From Octopus bimaculoides (lineage: Eukaryota): a stretch of 62,046 nt of DNA. Made by a program: the position numbers and the translations under genes. Each line of letters opens with the position of its first letter. Within the stretch, counting starts at the first letter, position 1. Of this stretch, positions 13,370-26,710 are shown piece by piece. The stretch lies in contig NC_068985.1 of assembly GCF_001194135.2 (NCBI RefSeq), positions 60,077,352 through 60,139,397 on the forward strand, written 5' to 3'. Under the pieces are notes generated by a model, which saw only the letters and a list, made by a program, of their open reading frames with translations, made no database searches and was not told where the DNA came from.

Positions 13370-14460
13370 TAATTTATTCTTTTATTGGCCATAAAGGCTA
13401 ATATAAATTATACATAAAAGACAACACAAAACAATACATTTGTGTAAACATTAAATAACAATATAAAGGTAACAAGTAAAACTCCCAATAGGAGGAGGTG
13501 CTTTAAAGGTTACTCGTGGAAAAACCCACAAAAGCAATGGGTGCCTGATCAACTGGGCAAGAGCCCTTCTTTTATTCCATTTACAGGTGTATTCTCAGAA
13601 TTGGTCCATTCATACTGGCCATTTTTCCAACATTCACCCACCTTTCAACAAATTTGCTAGAAGACAATACTATCCTTTTCAAGTGAAACTTGAAAATGTT
13701 GATGAGGGTTTGGCCAAAGTGTCTGACTTTAGCCCTTTCAAACGAGTTCACCATACTACCACTTTTGCGACAGCCACCAGACAAATAAAAATTGCCTGTC
13801 CCTCCAGGTTAAAGGAGGCTGACGGGACAATCTTCACTATGGATTCAGCTGATAGCCAGATCTGTCCTACAATCAACAACAGCTGTTCGACATAAACCCA
13901 TAGTCAGCAATGCTTAGGCATTGGACAAGTGCAGAATGCTTTCATTGCTCTGAGTGCACCTCAGGCCGGCCCAGCTGACAGCACTTCCATACTTGTAAAG
14001 TCTATCCTGAATGGGCAGTGCCCCTCAGTACAACTGCCAGGCAAGGGATTTCTGGAAGTTATCCATAGGCCCCAGCCCAAAAGTTCTCCAAAACAGACCA
14101 GTAAGTTGATCCTCATTGAAACCTAGAGTTTCCCTAGGAACATCATTGCACTTTTCCTCCACCAACCCTCTATAAAACACTAGAGTGGAACTACTACCGA
14201 TCGCATTGCCCGACTGGTAGAGGGCTGTGTGTGCTTGACGGCACTTAAGGTGCTAAGCACCCCTCTTTGGTCTACGCCTAATCCAGGATTGCAGCTCAGT
14301 TAAAGAGACGAGCTGTGGAAGAGTGTGTCTGACAAATGGCAACCACACCTGCTCACTATCAAGGAAAGGCTGGAGATGCCGTAGCCTGAGTGCATGTCTG
14401 TGCATCAGCAACCACAGCATGCCCAGCCCTTCGTTCAGCAGGAGTACCCCTCATTGAGTA
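13370..14460 (-). mobile_element. Tx1/L1-like LINE 3' fragment
   Basis: LINIFKFHLKR..SKFVERWV C-terminal motif and a Cys/His zinc-knuckle-like remnant upstream; simple-repeat tail near 13.37 kb. Family assignment from recall. Confidence 0.55.
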
Positions 14461-15009
14461 ATTATTATTTCCAAGGATCTGCTAGCTAGGAAACGTAATA
14501 TTTGCACTAGTCTGCATTGGAAGAGAAACCACTAAAATCTAAAACAGACACATTCTATGATTTATATATTTGGTTTCTATTTTCTTATTCCTCTATATTG
14601 CAGGGATTTGTTATCTCAATTCCAGTGAGATGAAATTTTGAATTAACTTTGGTGATTTATGTAAATATTTAATATTCATGATTCCAACACTTAAAATATC
14701 CCACATGAAATTTATGGTTCCAACATTGAAAGTAATGGAGATCTATTTTAAGAGAAGCTATTTTGTTATCCTCTTTTTATCACTGTTGTTGGTAATTATA
14801 AAATTACCAAGTCGAACATTTTCTGAGAAATATCCTCATAATTAGTCATCTAAAATCTATTTACTGCCCAAACTCCTAGTAAAAATCAAGTTGTCTCCCC
14901 TATTGGCACCTTGTCGTAATTTCGTGTTATTGGCAGTGCAGTGTTGGGTTTAATGGTTTAAGATTCAGATTATTGTTGGTTTATTACTAATGGTTGTTCT
15001 TTATTGCAG

Positions 15010-15094
15010 TGATGTCTTTATAGTGTGTCCTCTGAAACATGCTGTTGTTAAAATGGATTTTAATTCACATTCTATTGTGCCACTCGATGATGAG
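15010..15094 (+). CDS. RBBP5: RBBP5 coding exon 5 (SDVFIVCPLKHAVV...IVPLDDE)
   Basis: ttgcag acceptor, GTATGT donor, 85 nt, phase 2-0. Aligns to the VCPMKS..LPVDDD segment. Confidence 0.92.
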
Positions 15095-15529
15095 GTATGT
15101 TATCTTCAACCTATCAGTGTTGTTGATCAATCGTTCTTATTCTACAAATTTAGTTATAAACTCAGTAATTACTGTTTTTACTAATGTTGCATCCCTAAAT
15201 TTAGTGTTAAATCTTGAAACAAATTTTTTCCCTTCATAATTTCTGCTTTGCTCCATGCATAAGTCATGTCCCAGTCAAGTATAAATGAGTGTGGTTTTTA
15301 TGCAATAGTATGTTGATCCCTGAGTATATGTAAATTTGGTTCAGGCATGGCTGGTTAAGAAGTTCATTTTGCAGCCACATGGTTTCAGGTTCACTTCCAC
15401 TACACAGCTCCCTTGAACTAGTATCTTCCTTAATATAGGACAGAACTGACCAATACTTTGTGAGCAAATTTGGTGAATAGAAATGGAAGGAAGCCTATTG
15501 TGTGTGGGTGTTTGGATGGGTGAGCAAAC

Positions 15530-17750
15530 GCATCATCATTATCATTCAACGTCCGTCTTTGATGCTGGGACAGTACCACAAGTACCATGGCTGGGACAGT
15601 ACCACAAGAGCCAGTCAGGCCGAAGCCTGCACCAGACTTCTGTGACTGTTTTGGCAGGATTTTTACAGCTGGATGCCCTTCCTAACACCAACCACTCAGC
15701 AAAGTGGACTTAGTGCTTTTTATATGGCGCAAGTACAGGCGAGGTCAGTTTTGGTAAGGTTTCTACAGCTGGATGCCCGTCTGAACACCAACCACTTAAC
15801 AGTGTGGACTGGGTGCTTTTAAGACAAATACCTTTTAAGAGGGGAGGAGGCATTGGAGAAGGTGATGCTGAAAAGGTTATAGTGAGACAGATACAGGTGT
15901 CTTACTGTAGAGGAAGTACAAGGTACTCAGTTGGAGAGAGAAAGATCAGGAATGAAGATAGAAACAGGTGTGCTACTGCAAAGAAAATACACAGTTGCCC
16001 AACCTGAGGGAAGTGCAGGAGAAAGAGAGAGAGAGAGTGGGAGACCGCAGGATGGAGATGGTGGCAAAATGCCAGGCATACTCACAAGGGATAGAGATCA
16101 GAGTATAACTGAGATGGTTGAGGAAAGGAAGAGAGAGATATAGATAGTGGCAAGTGCCAGGGCATACCCTTGAGGTTCAAATGCCATAATTTAAGTGATG
16201 GATATTGCGAAGGGAGTGCAAGTAAGTGGCAAAAGATCTGGGTATATATAGAGTGGGAGGGGCTACTAGATAGCAATGATACAGAGGAACAGGGGTGTGA
16301 GGACAGGATTGGGGAGTGAGGGCTAGAGGAGTGAATGAAGAGGAAATGTGAGAAAGAGAAGAGATGTAGATTGGTTTGTTGGGGTAGAGTGAAAGAAAAG
16401 TTTTCTTGTTACGTGTGGATGGAACACTCAGGTTGGGGGTAAGCAGATGGCAATAGTAGAGTGAGACAAGGCATATGGGTTGAACGCACAGGTCGGGGCA
16501 AGCAGAGAGCAATGATACAGTGGCACTAGGCTGAGAGGACAAGATTGGGGAGTGGGAGGCAATCATAGTACATGAAGCGGAAATGTGAGGAAGAGAAGAG
16601 ATGTAGCGATGTAGTTTGGTTTGTTGTGGTAAAGTGTGGGAGAAGTTTCCTTGTTAAGTGTGGGTGGGACACACAGTGCTTCTAGAACTCAGTTTCGCTG
16701 ATGTGGGCGGGTCATCTCAAGAACTTCATATCACCAGACATCTTGCTCCATGGTCATTTCCTCTGTAAGGTCCAACTTTCTGAGATCAGTCCTCACTACT
16801 TCATCCCATGTCTTCCTGGGTCTCCCTTTTCCGCAGGTACCATCCACTTTCAGTGATCAGCACTTCTTTATGCAGCTGTCCTTATTCATATACATCACAT
16901 GTCCAAACCAACGTAGTCTTCTCTCTTGCATGCTACATTTGATTCCTCTTATGCCCAACTTTTCTCTCATTTGCACTTTGTCATACATGTGCACTGATGT
17001 TGCACATCCAACGGAGCATACTACCTTCGTCTCTCTTCAGTCTATGCATATCTTAAGCATTCAGAGCCCATGTCTAACTACCATGGAGTATAGCTGTTTG
17101 TACACAAGCACCATATAGTCTACTTTTCATTCTGAGAGAGAGGCCTTTTGTTACCAGCAGAGGTAATAACTCTCTGAACTTCCTTCACCCAATTCTTATT
17201 CTAGAAATAATACTTTCAGAGTACCTTCCACCATTGCTAAGTTGGTCACCTAGGTAACAAAAACTATCTACAACCTCAAGAGAGCCTCCTGGGTATTTGA
17301 GAGAATCTAATTCCTGTGTGCTCTTAGTACTTACTGTTCCTGCACATCTATCACCTACAAAGACCACTCTATCTGTTAATCTACCTGTGATACCACTGCA
17401 TCTCTTGTGTGTCCATAGTTGACACTGGGTGCAGTGAATGGAATTTCTTCTAGCTCCTTTATCTTCTTTCTTACTAACAACCACTTTTGTCTTAGCTAGG
17501 TTAACTTTAAGGCCCTTTGATTTCAGGTTTTGTTTCAATAACTGGAATTTCTTCTCCAATTCTGCTAAAGATTCTGCAATAAGAGCAAAGTCATCAGTAT
17601 ATAGTAGTTCCCACAGGCACCCAGTTGTGAATTCCTCTATTATGGCCTGGAGGACTATAATAAGAGTGGGCTGAGAACTTATCCCTGGTGAACCCCTACC
17701 TGAACGCTAAATTCCTCACTGTATTCATGGCCAACTCTCACCTTACTGNN
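15530..17750 (-). mobile_element. RTE LINE 3' portion (antisense)
   Basis: ORFs GLKVNLAKTKV..LWTHKRCS..EVVDSFCYLGD and EEFSVQVGVHQG, then the family 3' tail starting (CAT)n. Runs into an assembly gap at 17749-17871. Confidence 0.82.
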
Positions 17751-19510
17751 NNNNNNNNNNNNNNNNNNNNNNNNNNNNNNNNNNNNNNNNNNNNNNNNNN
17801 NNNNNNNNNNNNNNNNNNNNNNNNNNNNNNNNNNNNNNNNNNNNNNNNNNNNNNNNNNNNNNNNNNNNNNNTCATCAAAGGCTAAGTACAATGTTAAACA
17901 TCATGGCCTTGCTTCAGTGGAATGGTGATGATCGAGCGAGATCGTTGCCGGTGCCCCTGGACTGGCTCTTGTGCGGGTGGCACATAGAAGACACCATTTC
18001 GAGCGTGGCCGTTTTCGTGCGGGTGACACGTAAAAGCACCCACTATACTCTCTGAGTGGTTGGCATCCGGTTTCACCAGTCCTCAGTCAAATCGTCCAAC
18101 CCATGCTAGCATGGAAGGCGGACGTTAAACGATGATGATGATGATGATGATGTAGACATTATGACTGGTTGCTCTGCACTTTTTAAGAGTGATTGAATAT
18201 CAAAAATAAAAAATCTCTTAGGAAAATAGGTAAGAGTTGGCAATAGAAAAAGCCTCCTACTATAAAATCCTACCTCAGGCCATTTCTTGTCATTAGCTAT
18301 GCTAGCATGGAAAATAGACATTATATGAATGAATGAATGAACAAATGAAATTAGGTCCCAGTTATAGCTGAGAAATTAAGGACCTGGTAAATAGATTAAT
18401 CCAAGTCCTGTCATCATCATTTTAACACCTACTTTTCCATACTTGAATAGAGTGGACAGAATTTAGGGAGATAGATTTTCTAACGCCAGAAACCTATTCT
18501 GTTGCCAACCCATACTTGTTTTCAAGCAAGGTAATATCTCTTAATAGCGTGTCATGTTTTTTTAGCAGAACATAGGAAATGAATGACATTCAGTTACAAT
18601 AATCCCATGAGGTCAAAACAAAAGACACAAACATACACTCACACACATACACATACATAAATATTTATTACAATGGGCTTCTTTCAGTTTCTGTCCACCA
18701 AATCCATTCATAAGGCTTTGGTTGGCCCTAGGCTCTAATAGAAGACACTTGACCAAGATACTGTGCAGTGGGACTGAATCAAAACCTGTGCATTTGGAAA
18801 GCAAACTTTTTAACTATACTGCCATGCCTATGCCTTATATGTATTATATTGTACCCTTTAAGAATGGTTTTGTTACTTGTTGTCTATTTAACTGACTGTA
18901 ATCCTTTTTGACAGTATGTGAATCTGAAAATGTTGGATGTAATTTGTTGAGATGGTGTTTGATGCAAAATTATTGGGATTTATAGCATTGTGTAGTTTAT
19001 TAACATCACCACCTACCACCACCACAATTATCATTAATGTTGTGATTATCACAATTACCATTGTAATCTCTTATTATTATCACAGCAGTAATTAATTATT
19101 GTTGTCTTGATGTGGTGGTGATGACTGTTCATCATCGTCATCATTCCACATCTCCCTATATTTCATTTCCTGGAGATTATTTCCAAAAGCATTTGGCCTT
19201 AGAAAATCTTTCTCAGTGAATTTTGTTTGACTCATACAAGCATGGAAGAAGTACATTCAACCATTGATGATAATGATTATAACTCTGTCTATTTAGGACC
19301 TTGATTTTTTAAGTTTGTCATGTGTGATTTAAAGGAGATTTGACTGCTAATCTCTCAGATCAAGCGTAGATGCTACCTGACTATTAGTAGTATATGAAAG
19401 TAGCTAGCTGTTACATGTCTCTAAATATATTCTAATTCCTCTGCAACATTTATTAATTCTTCCTCTTCTTTCTACATTTGTTGCCAACTCACTCTCTTTC
19501 TCTATTGCAG

Positions 19511-19582
19511 TCTGATCTAAACATTGTTGCATCTTTTGACAGACGAGGGAAACACATCTACACAGGAAATGCAAAGGGCAGG
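19511..19582 (+). CDS. RBBP5: RBBP5 coding exon 6 (SDLNIVASFDRRGKHIYTGNAKGR)
   Basis: ttgcag acceptor, GTCAGT donor, 72 nt; conserved motif. Confidence 0.95.
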
Positions 19583-20412
19583 GTCAGTGATAAGATATTT
19601 AATAATGTCTTACTAAAAAAATTATTTTCTCTTACATATCTTTGATATTGTCTGTTTGTAAATTTATTTCTATTTGACATTCTATCATCACACACAACCT
19701 ACACTTATCTATTCATCTAGTTTCCATGATTTACCAATTCAGTGGTTGTTTGTGGCTTGATGAAACTAGACCTGACCTGGGATTGTACATATTTTGTCGT
19801 GAGAGAGAATATTGAGAGAATTAGAAATTATAGAAGGATTGGGGTGTCTTTTGTTGAAACTCTTTACATAGTGTGTGTGTTGCATTTGAAAAGATGTTCT
19901 AAATTTTTGATAAATTATAATGTTACCCGCCCTCCTCCTTACAACAGTGTTAGTCTATCTTGTGATAAACAAAGCCAATTATTTGCCCTTCATTAATCAA
20001 CGGTGTTTACCACCAACAGATTGTAAACTTATTGGCTTCATGGTAGGGTTGTAATGGCAGGTTGTGTCCTATCATCTAAGTTTTAAGTTAGATCACCTTA
20101 ACCCTTTTATTGCCATATTTTTCTTGAAATACACTACTTTTGTTTCATTCAATTTTGAAACTTTGTCATTCTTAATGTTAATTTATGTTTAGAACATAAA
20201 TTAACGTAAAGTTTTCATGGAAGGTTTTAATTTAGATCAGTTCAAAACCTGAAATTTGTAGAATAAAACCAGGAATGGTTTAAGGTGGGTTAGTATCAAA
20301 AGAGTTAAAACACTTCTGTAATATAAAAAAAATTTAATTTCCATGATTACTAACTGCCACATCTGGGCAATAATCTTTTGGTTGGTTTTTAATTATTTCT
20401 TTTTTCTTTCAG

Positions 20413-20522
20413 ATTCTTGTCTTCACCATAGAAGACCTTGAGTTAGTAGCTTCATTCCGAGTGACAACAGGAACCTTGAACACAACTGCCATAAAATCAA
20501 TTGAATTTGCTCGCCGTGGCGA
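20413..20522 (+). CDS. RBBP5: RBBP5 coding exon 7 (ILVF...TTAIKSIEFARRG)
   Basis: tttcag acceptor, GTAAGT donor, 110 nt; conserved VASFRVTTG and AIKSIEFAR. Confidence 0.96.
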
Positions 20523-21808
20523 GTAAGTCTTTTTATTCAACATTGAAATTTTTCTTAATCAGTTTGTTTTGAATGGAAAACATTCCAATCTATTTTATTT
20601 CTAAATTAATGTTTTTCTCTTTTGATTTTTGATTTCAATATTAAACATTTTCTGTTTTTAATAACTTAGTCAGCAGGGCAAGATCATTGTCCATGACATT
20701 TTCATAGAGTTTTAGTTTGCTACAACAAGCTAAGTATATGTGGAAGAGTCTGGTACAGTAAATTAAGGATTCATTTAGTTGTGCTACTGACTATGATAAA
20801 CTTGGTCAGGTAGACTGGAATTAAGAGTCAGTAATAAATTATAGATCCTCCTAGACTGGTAGGAGGAAAGGATTCCAAAACTGGGGGAAGTAATCCTCAA
20901 ATCTGAAACCTTTCCTGAAAGCTTTCATCAGAATGGTGTTTGCTAAAGGACCCTCGAGTACCAGGTTTTGTGGCACATTAACCCTACCAACCACATGTAC
21001 AGTCCATCTGACAGATTTCCATCTACCTAGTTTCACTGACAGGCTTGGGGAGATTGTTTTTGGGTGCAGGCATTGTTGTCTGGTTCACTTCATAACTATT
21101 TGGTTTCAGTTTCAATACCACCATGGGAGAGTTTTGAAGAAAGCTTTGTAAGTTAAATTTGTTAGAAACTAGAGATGAGGGAGAACCATTCTTGTGGGTA
21201 GTAAGCTTTATCCATTACTCAGTGTAATACCACCACCACTACCTGGTCGTTGGGTACCCTCAGTAGAGTTTACCCAGTGTACCACCCTCATATGGTCCTT
21301 AGGTGCCTTTATCAGAGTGCAGTAAAGTTTCTGGTCTCAGGATAACTTCTTACCACTAGTTTTAGATGCCTTGTAAAATAGTTATGGCTACTATTCTTCT
21401 CTCTTTTAAGAAGAAGCAGAAATTGTAGTGCAGTGGGTTTGAACTTGGAGTCCCCCCCTTTTCTCCTGTCAGCGATACAGTACATCGTCTCTCGCACATC
21501 ACACTTAACACTTTATTGTAATTATCTTCAGTACTGTCTCCTTGCCTTTTTCCTCCACCCACATCTCCAAACAGCTTAAAAATTGTTATGGCCACAGTTC
21601 CCACAGCTTCACATTAATAATTAATGTAAAAGTAAATTAAGAGAAGTTATCTTGAGATGTTTAATTAGTCTAAGAGTAATTATCTCCATGAGTACACCAT
21701 AAGATAGAAATAACTATTAGTTGACTGATAATAATAATAGTAAATGTTTTGTTCATTCCTTGTTCCAAATATCTTTAAGTAGCAGGTGTATCCTCTTCCT
21801 ATCTACAG

Positions 21809-21928
21809 TTGTTTCCTTGTCAATTCGGCTGATCGTATCATCCGTGTGTATGAAAGTGGAGAAGTTTTAGCTTGCGGTAAAGATGGTGAACCAGAACCTA
21901 TACAGAAACTACAAGATCTTGTGAACAG
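21809..21928 (+). CDS. RBBP5: RBBP5 coding exon 8 (DCFLVNSADRIIRVY...QKLQDLVN)
   Basis: ctacag acceptor, GTTTGA donor, 120 nt; conserved GEPEPIQKLQDLVNR. Confidence 0.96.
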
Positions 21929-22607
21929 GTTTGATCTGTTGTTAAACTATTTTATAACCATTGTATGTATAACCTTATCATCATCATCATCATTTGACAT
22001 CTGTTTTCTATGCTGCCATAAGTTGGATGGTTTGACAGGAGCTGGTCAGTTGGAGAGCTGTCCAGATTCCAAATTGTCTGCTTTAAAGAGAGTGCTGGGT
22101 GCTCTTTTATGCATCACAGGCCCAGATGTGTTTATGCAGCACCAGCATGAGTGCATTTGACATAACACTGGCACCTGTAAAGAACAAACCTATATGAATG
22201 GATGGCAGCAATTTTACTTGGTTTGATGCTTCTTCTCAAGTACTGCAAATTGCCACCACTCCCAGTCCCTTGTCATTTCCTCAGTGAGGAAATATATATT
22301 ATTTTATATGTAAGGTTAGATCTGTTGAATTCTGTTCATTATACTATTTTATATATTCTTCTTTTACTTCTGTCACATATACAGTGAAGTCTGTAATTCA
22401 CTGATGAGGTCAAGTAAGGTTAAACACGGAGTTGTCTCCTATACTGCTAAAATGATAAAAATATTATTAGACATTGTCTTATTATTTTATTTCCACCACA
22501 TAATTATTTTTTGTTTGTTTGTTTCAGTGACCTCTCCAATGAAAAGTGAACACAACTTAAGTATATCTAACATTGTTTTCTTCTTCTATATTGATTTTTG
22601 TTTTTAG

Positions 22608-22761
22608 AACTATGTGGAAGAAATGCTGTTTTTCTGGTGATGGCGAATACATTGTTGCTGGCTCTGCTCGCCAGCACTCTCTCTATATCTGGGAAAAGGG
22701 TGTTGGTAACTTAGTGAAGATTCTTCATGGTACAAAAGGAGAACTTCTCTTAGATGTTGTG
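22608..22761 (+). CDS. RBBP5: RBBP5 coding exon 9 ([15 protein letters not shown]...GELLLDVV)
   Basis: tttttag acceptor, GTAAGT donor, 154 nt; highly conserved. Confidence 0.97.
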
Positions 22762-24657
22762 GTAAGTCTATTTCTATTCATTTTTTCTCCTATTAAGCAC
22801 TTATTTAGTCAAATTTAATAATAGTTTTGTTATTTACCATCTTTAAACAGTTCTTTTCTTATAAGAGTTTTTTAAAAATCATTTCATAGTTCTCCTTTAT
22901 TATTTATTGAATCATCATCATTCTATAATGTCCGTTTTCCAAGCTGGCATGAATTGGAGCATCCAACAAGAGCCGGCAAGTCAGGACTGCACCAAGCTCC
23001 AATGTCTACTTTTGCATGGTTTCAACAGCTGGATACCCTTCCTAATACCAACCACTCTACAGAGTGCACTGGTGCTTTCTACATGGCACTGGCACTAGTA
23101 AGATTACCATGTGACTCACAAGACAAGACCTCTCAGCTGAAATGGGCTGAGTGGTATTGAGAGAGGTGGCTTTGTGCCAGGTGATGGGAAGTAAAGTATG
23201 ATAGAGGGAGAGGAACAGGTGTCTTGCTGGAGGGAAGATACATGGTTACCTCAGCTGGAAATGAAAGAGGATGGTGGTAAAGAGATGACAGGGATACCTT
23301 CAACTTACAAGATATGTAAAAATCCAGTTTACTATGATTTGTAGCTGCTAGTGCTATAGTTATAAATTAGTGTTAACAGCTAACAGCCTCCTATAGAATG
23401 TTTTAATGCAGCTCTCAAACCTCACATTGCCTTTTCTCTTTATTATCATTATTATTAAGGTGGTGAGCTGGCAGAATCATAAGCACACCAGACAGAATGC
23501 TTAGTGGCATTTTTCCCAGTTTTTATTTGAGTACCATTTCTACTGAAATTAACTTTGCCTTTCATCCTTTTAGAGTCAATAAAATAAGTACCACTCATTA
23601 ACTTAGGTCAGTGTAATCAAGTAGCCCCCCCCGTCCCAAATTTCATGCTCTGTGCTTATAGTAGAAAGAATTATTATTATTGAGTGAGAGAGAGAGCAGC
23701 AGCAGCACATGCCATCAAAGTGATACAAATATACAAAGCCCATCATACCAATCATGTCTATTCATCTGATAAATGTACACTAGACACATGTCACAACCAT
23801 ATGTGTGATCTCATATCAAGATAAACAATGCATGACCTTGCATGTGGGGCCCAGTTAGAGTTTTCTTCAGATTGACTAGCCCATCCTGCTCAAAAGGTCT
23901 CTGAATAAGGGTTGTTCAAACCCTAAAGAATCCCTTTTTGGTGGGTGGGTGGGTGTTTTTTCTTTCTTTTTTTTTTTTTTGTAACAAACTTAGTTCTCAA
24001 AATAGATAAATAATGTGCACCATGTGAGAGTCAAATGACATTCAACTCAAACTTATAAGGCAAGTACTTAAGATGTCGACCTTGCAATTTTGAGGTTCTT
24101 ATTCAATCTCACTGCACTGCACCTTCAGCTAGTGTGTTCTGTCAGAGGTAAGTGAAACTGGGGAGATGGAAACTGGAAGCTGATCTAATTTATTGTATAT
24201 ATTATATATATTTCAAACAACCAACTTGGTACCACTTTGTTACTGATTCCGCTTAGTTTAAAACTAGAAAAATGTTTGCTTTGTTTCCCTTCACAAAGGA
24301 AACAAACAACATTTTCTCATTAAATCTGAGATAGGGCAGTGCCTCATAAACATTTCATAACAACTTGAAAATAAGGATTTTTAAAATTTTGTTTAGCCAA
24401 GGTGAAGTGGATTGCTAACTTAAGGGAAAGTTAGTGCAATAATGTTTAGTTTAAAGGGACCTTAAAGTAATGGTTAAAAGAGGGTTGGTAACAATTTTAC
24501 AGAAAATTTTTTATATAAATTTGTTTCACTAAATTCTTCTAAATTGTTGATTTGTTTAGAAATGAATTGGAAACACATTGCCATTGTATTTCGTTATGAA
24601 TATTGTCAGATGGTTAATGTTTAATGCTTGTTGATTATGAATTAATTATACTTACAG

Positions 24658-24729
24658 TGGCATCCTGTACGTCCCATCATAGCTTCCATCTCAAGTGGAG
24701 TTGTGTCGGTGTGGGCCCAAAATCAAGTG
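24658..24729 (+). CDS. RBBP5: RBBP5 coding exon 10 (WHPVRPIIASISSGVVSVWAQNQV)
   Basis: ttacag acceptor, GTAAGT donor, 72 nt; nearly invariant motif. Confidence 0.97.
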
Positions 24730-25724
24730 GTAAGTAAATGTCAACGGTCACTGGAAAAATTCAGATCACCTAGAGGTCCATTATTTATATATGTATGTAT
24801 GTATGTATCTAGGTGTTGTCATTGCTGTGTGGGTGAGAAGTTTTGCTTTTCAACCACATGGTTTGAAGTTCAATCCCACCATGTAGTACTTTGGCCAACT
24901 GTTTACTATAGGCCAAGGCCAACCAAAGCTTTGTAAAGAGATTGGTGTGTGTGCCTGCAACACTTTTGTACAAGCAATTTCAGCTATAAACATGTATCTA
25001 TCTACACACAGTGTTGTCAGTTTCCTCTGCCAACAAATCACTTTATGCCTTTGAAGCTGTGAAAGGTAAGAGGTCCTCAGTTGAAAAACCAGAGCTAGCT
25101 TCAAGAAGGGCATCCAGGTGTAAAGCACTGTCTCAATTTATTCATCTAACCCATTGCAAACAAAATAAACAGACACAAAACAAACAAGTGGTCAAGTCAA
25201 CAAAACTGCTGATAGACTACTTTAATAGCCAGTTCTATTAAGAATATTGAACTGGGAAGTAACTCATGGGCATCAATGGCATAAATTTAATTCAGGTAGA
25301 TGCTGGTGTATGCAATGAATGCTTTCCTGTTGGTGTATGCAATGAATTCTGAATAAATTGAAATTTCCCTTCCTTTTAGTTCAAGAAAGAAAGCAAAAAC
25401 CTAGCTGTAATGGTTAGTTACAAAGTAAAGGAAAAATAATTTTAAACTCTCATCAGAAATTAAATTTTTATGTTTAAAGAAAAATCTGATTTTTGTTGGC
25501 TAAGAGTGACTCTCTGGGCAAAATGTTTAGCGGCATTTCATTCATCTTCATATTTTGAGTTCAAATTCCGCCAGGGTTCACTTTGCCTTTCATCCTTTCA
25601 AGGTCAATAAAATAAGTACCAGTTGAGCACTGCAGTCAATGTAATCAATTTACTACCTCCCTACAATTACTAGCCTTGTGCTTAAATTTAAAACTAATAA
25701 TTATTGTTAAAATAAATGTTTCAG

Positions 25725-25842
25725 GAAAACTGGAGTGCATTTGCTCCGGATTTTAAGGAATTAGATGAAAATGTTGAATATGAGGAACGAGAATCTGAGT
25801 TTGACATTGAGGATGAAGATAAAGAGAAAGAAGAAACGAAAG
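25725..25842 (+). CDS. RBBP5: RBBP5 coding exon 11 ([30 protein letters not shown]...)
   Basis: tttcag acceptor, GTAACT donor, 118 nt. Contains the SET-activating segment and the acidic D/E box that binds ASH2L (established for RBBP5). Confidence 0.97.
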
Positions 25843-26221
25843 GTAACTAACTCCTTATATCTTGTTGAACATTCTCTATGACAAAAACCCAATCTTGCAT
25901 TCTATTACAGAAGAGAAATAAATGATAGAAGGGAATTAGTTTTCTCCCTTACATTGAAGTATGACTCTCTTCAAAAGGCTGAAGTTATCTAACATCACTC
26001 AGTAACACCTTTGTCAGCCACTCACCAGCTTTCAGTTTAAAGTTGTATAAGGCTGTGATAATTTTACAGTTAATTTGCATTTCTAATCTGGAACTCCCCT
26101 CTCGTTCGAAAATATCAGTCTACTGGAAGCTATTTAGAGACATGCAACCAGACACCTTCTGTCAGTCACTATATCTTAAAGTGTTAGTTCTCTGGACATT
26201 GAAACACTAAAGTCTCAACAT

Positions 26222-26710
26222 CTAGCAACAACTTGATAGAAGCCCACAATATTGAGGTGTTGATTTTTTTAAAGAATTATTGTTACGGGAATTAGAAGAG
26301 TCAGAGCTTTTGGTATGTTTGTATTCCTTCAAAGACAGTCTCTGTAATCTGTCTTTTTCATCTTGTGTCATGGGACGGTCAGCGGGACGATTGGAATTGA
26401 GAATTTGCTTTGGGTCAGCAGCTTTTTCTAGAGCTATTTTCATTAACTCATCAAATTTCAGCGGAGTTGCTCCAGTGCTAGAATTAAATGGTTTTTTCGT
26501 TTTGCTAGAAATGTTCAGACGACTGGCACTTGAATCAGAAGCAGATTTGGACCCACTAAGAACTGCTGATGCTGTTGACTTACTTGCTTTTAAATCTTTC
26601 GAGCTATTATTATTACTTAGAGAGGTTTTTGGTCCCTTTTCACTGTTAGAATTTCCTGTTCCCTTTGGTATTTTGAAGGTTTCTTTCTTGGATTCAGTTG
26701 AAATGAACAA
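26222..26710 (-). pseudogene. SPT2 (SPTY2D1)-like histone chaperone fragment, antisense in RBBP5 intron 11
   Basis: 162-codon ORF with TPLKFDELMKIALEKAADP...DRPMTQDEKDR, resembling recalled SPT2 PPMNFTDLLRLAEKKQFEP...ERPMTAEELRE, in Ser/Lys-rich context. No good splice sites and no other SPT2 parts seen. Confidence 0.65.

Noticed and set aside
15095-15105. GTATGT donor as a possible U12 intron
   Set aside because: Lacks the GTATCCT consensus; it is an ordinary U2 donor.
16245-16680. Diverged tandem duplication of a purine-rich segment
   Set aside because: Appears to belong to the RTE-associated 3' region; no independent signal.
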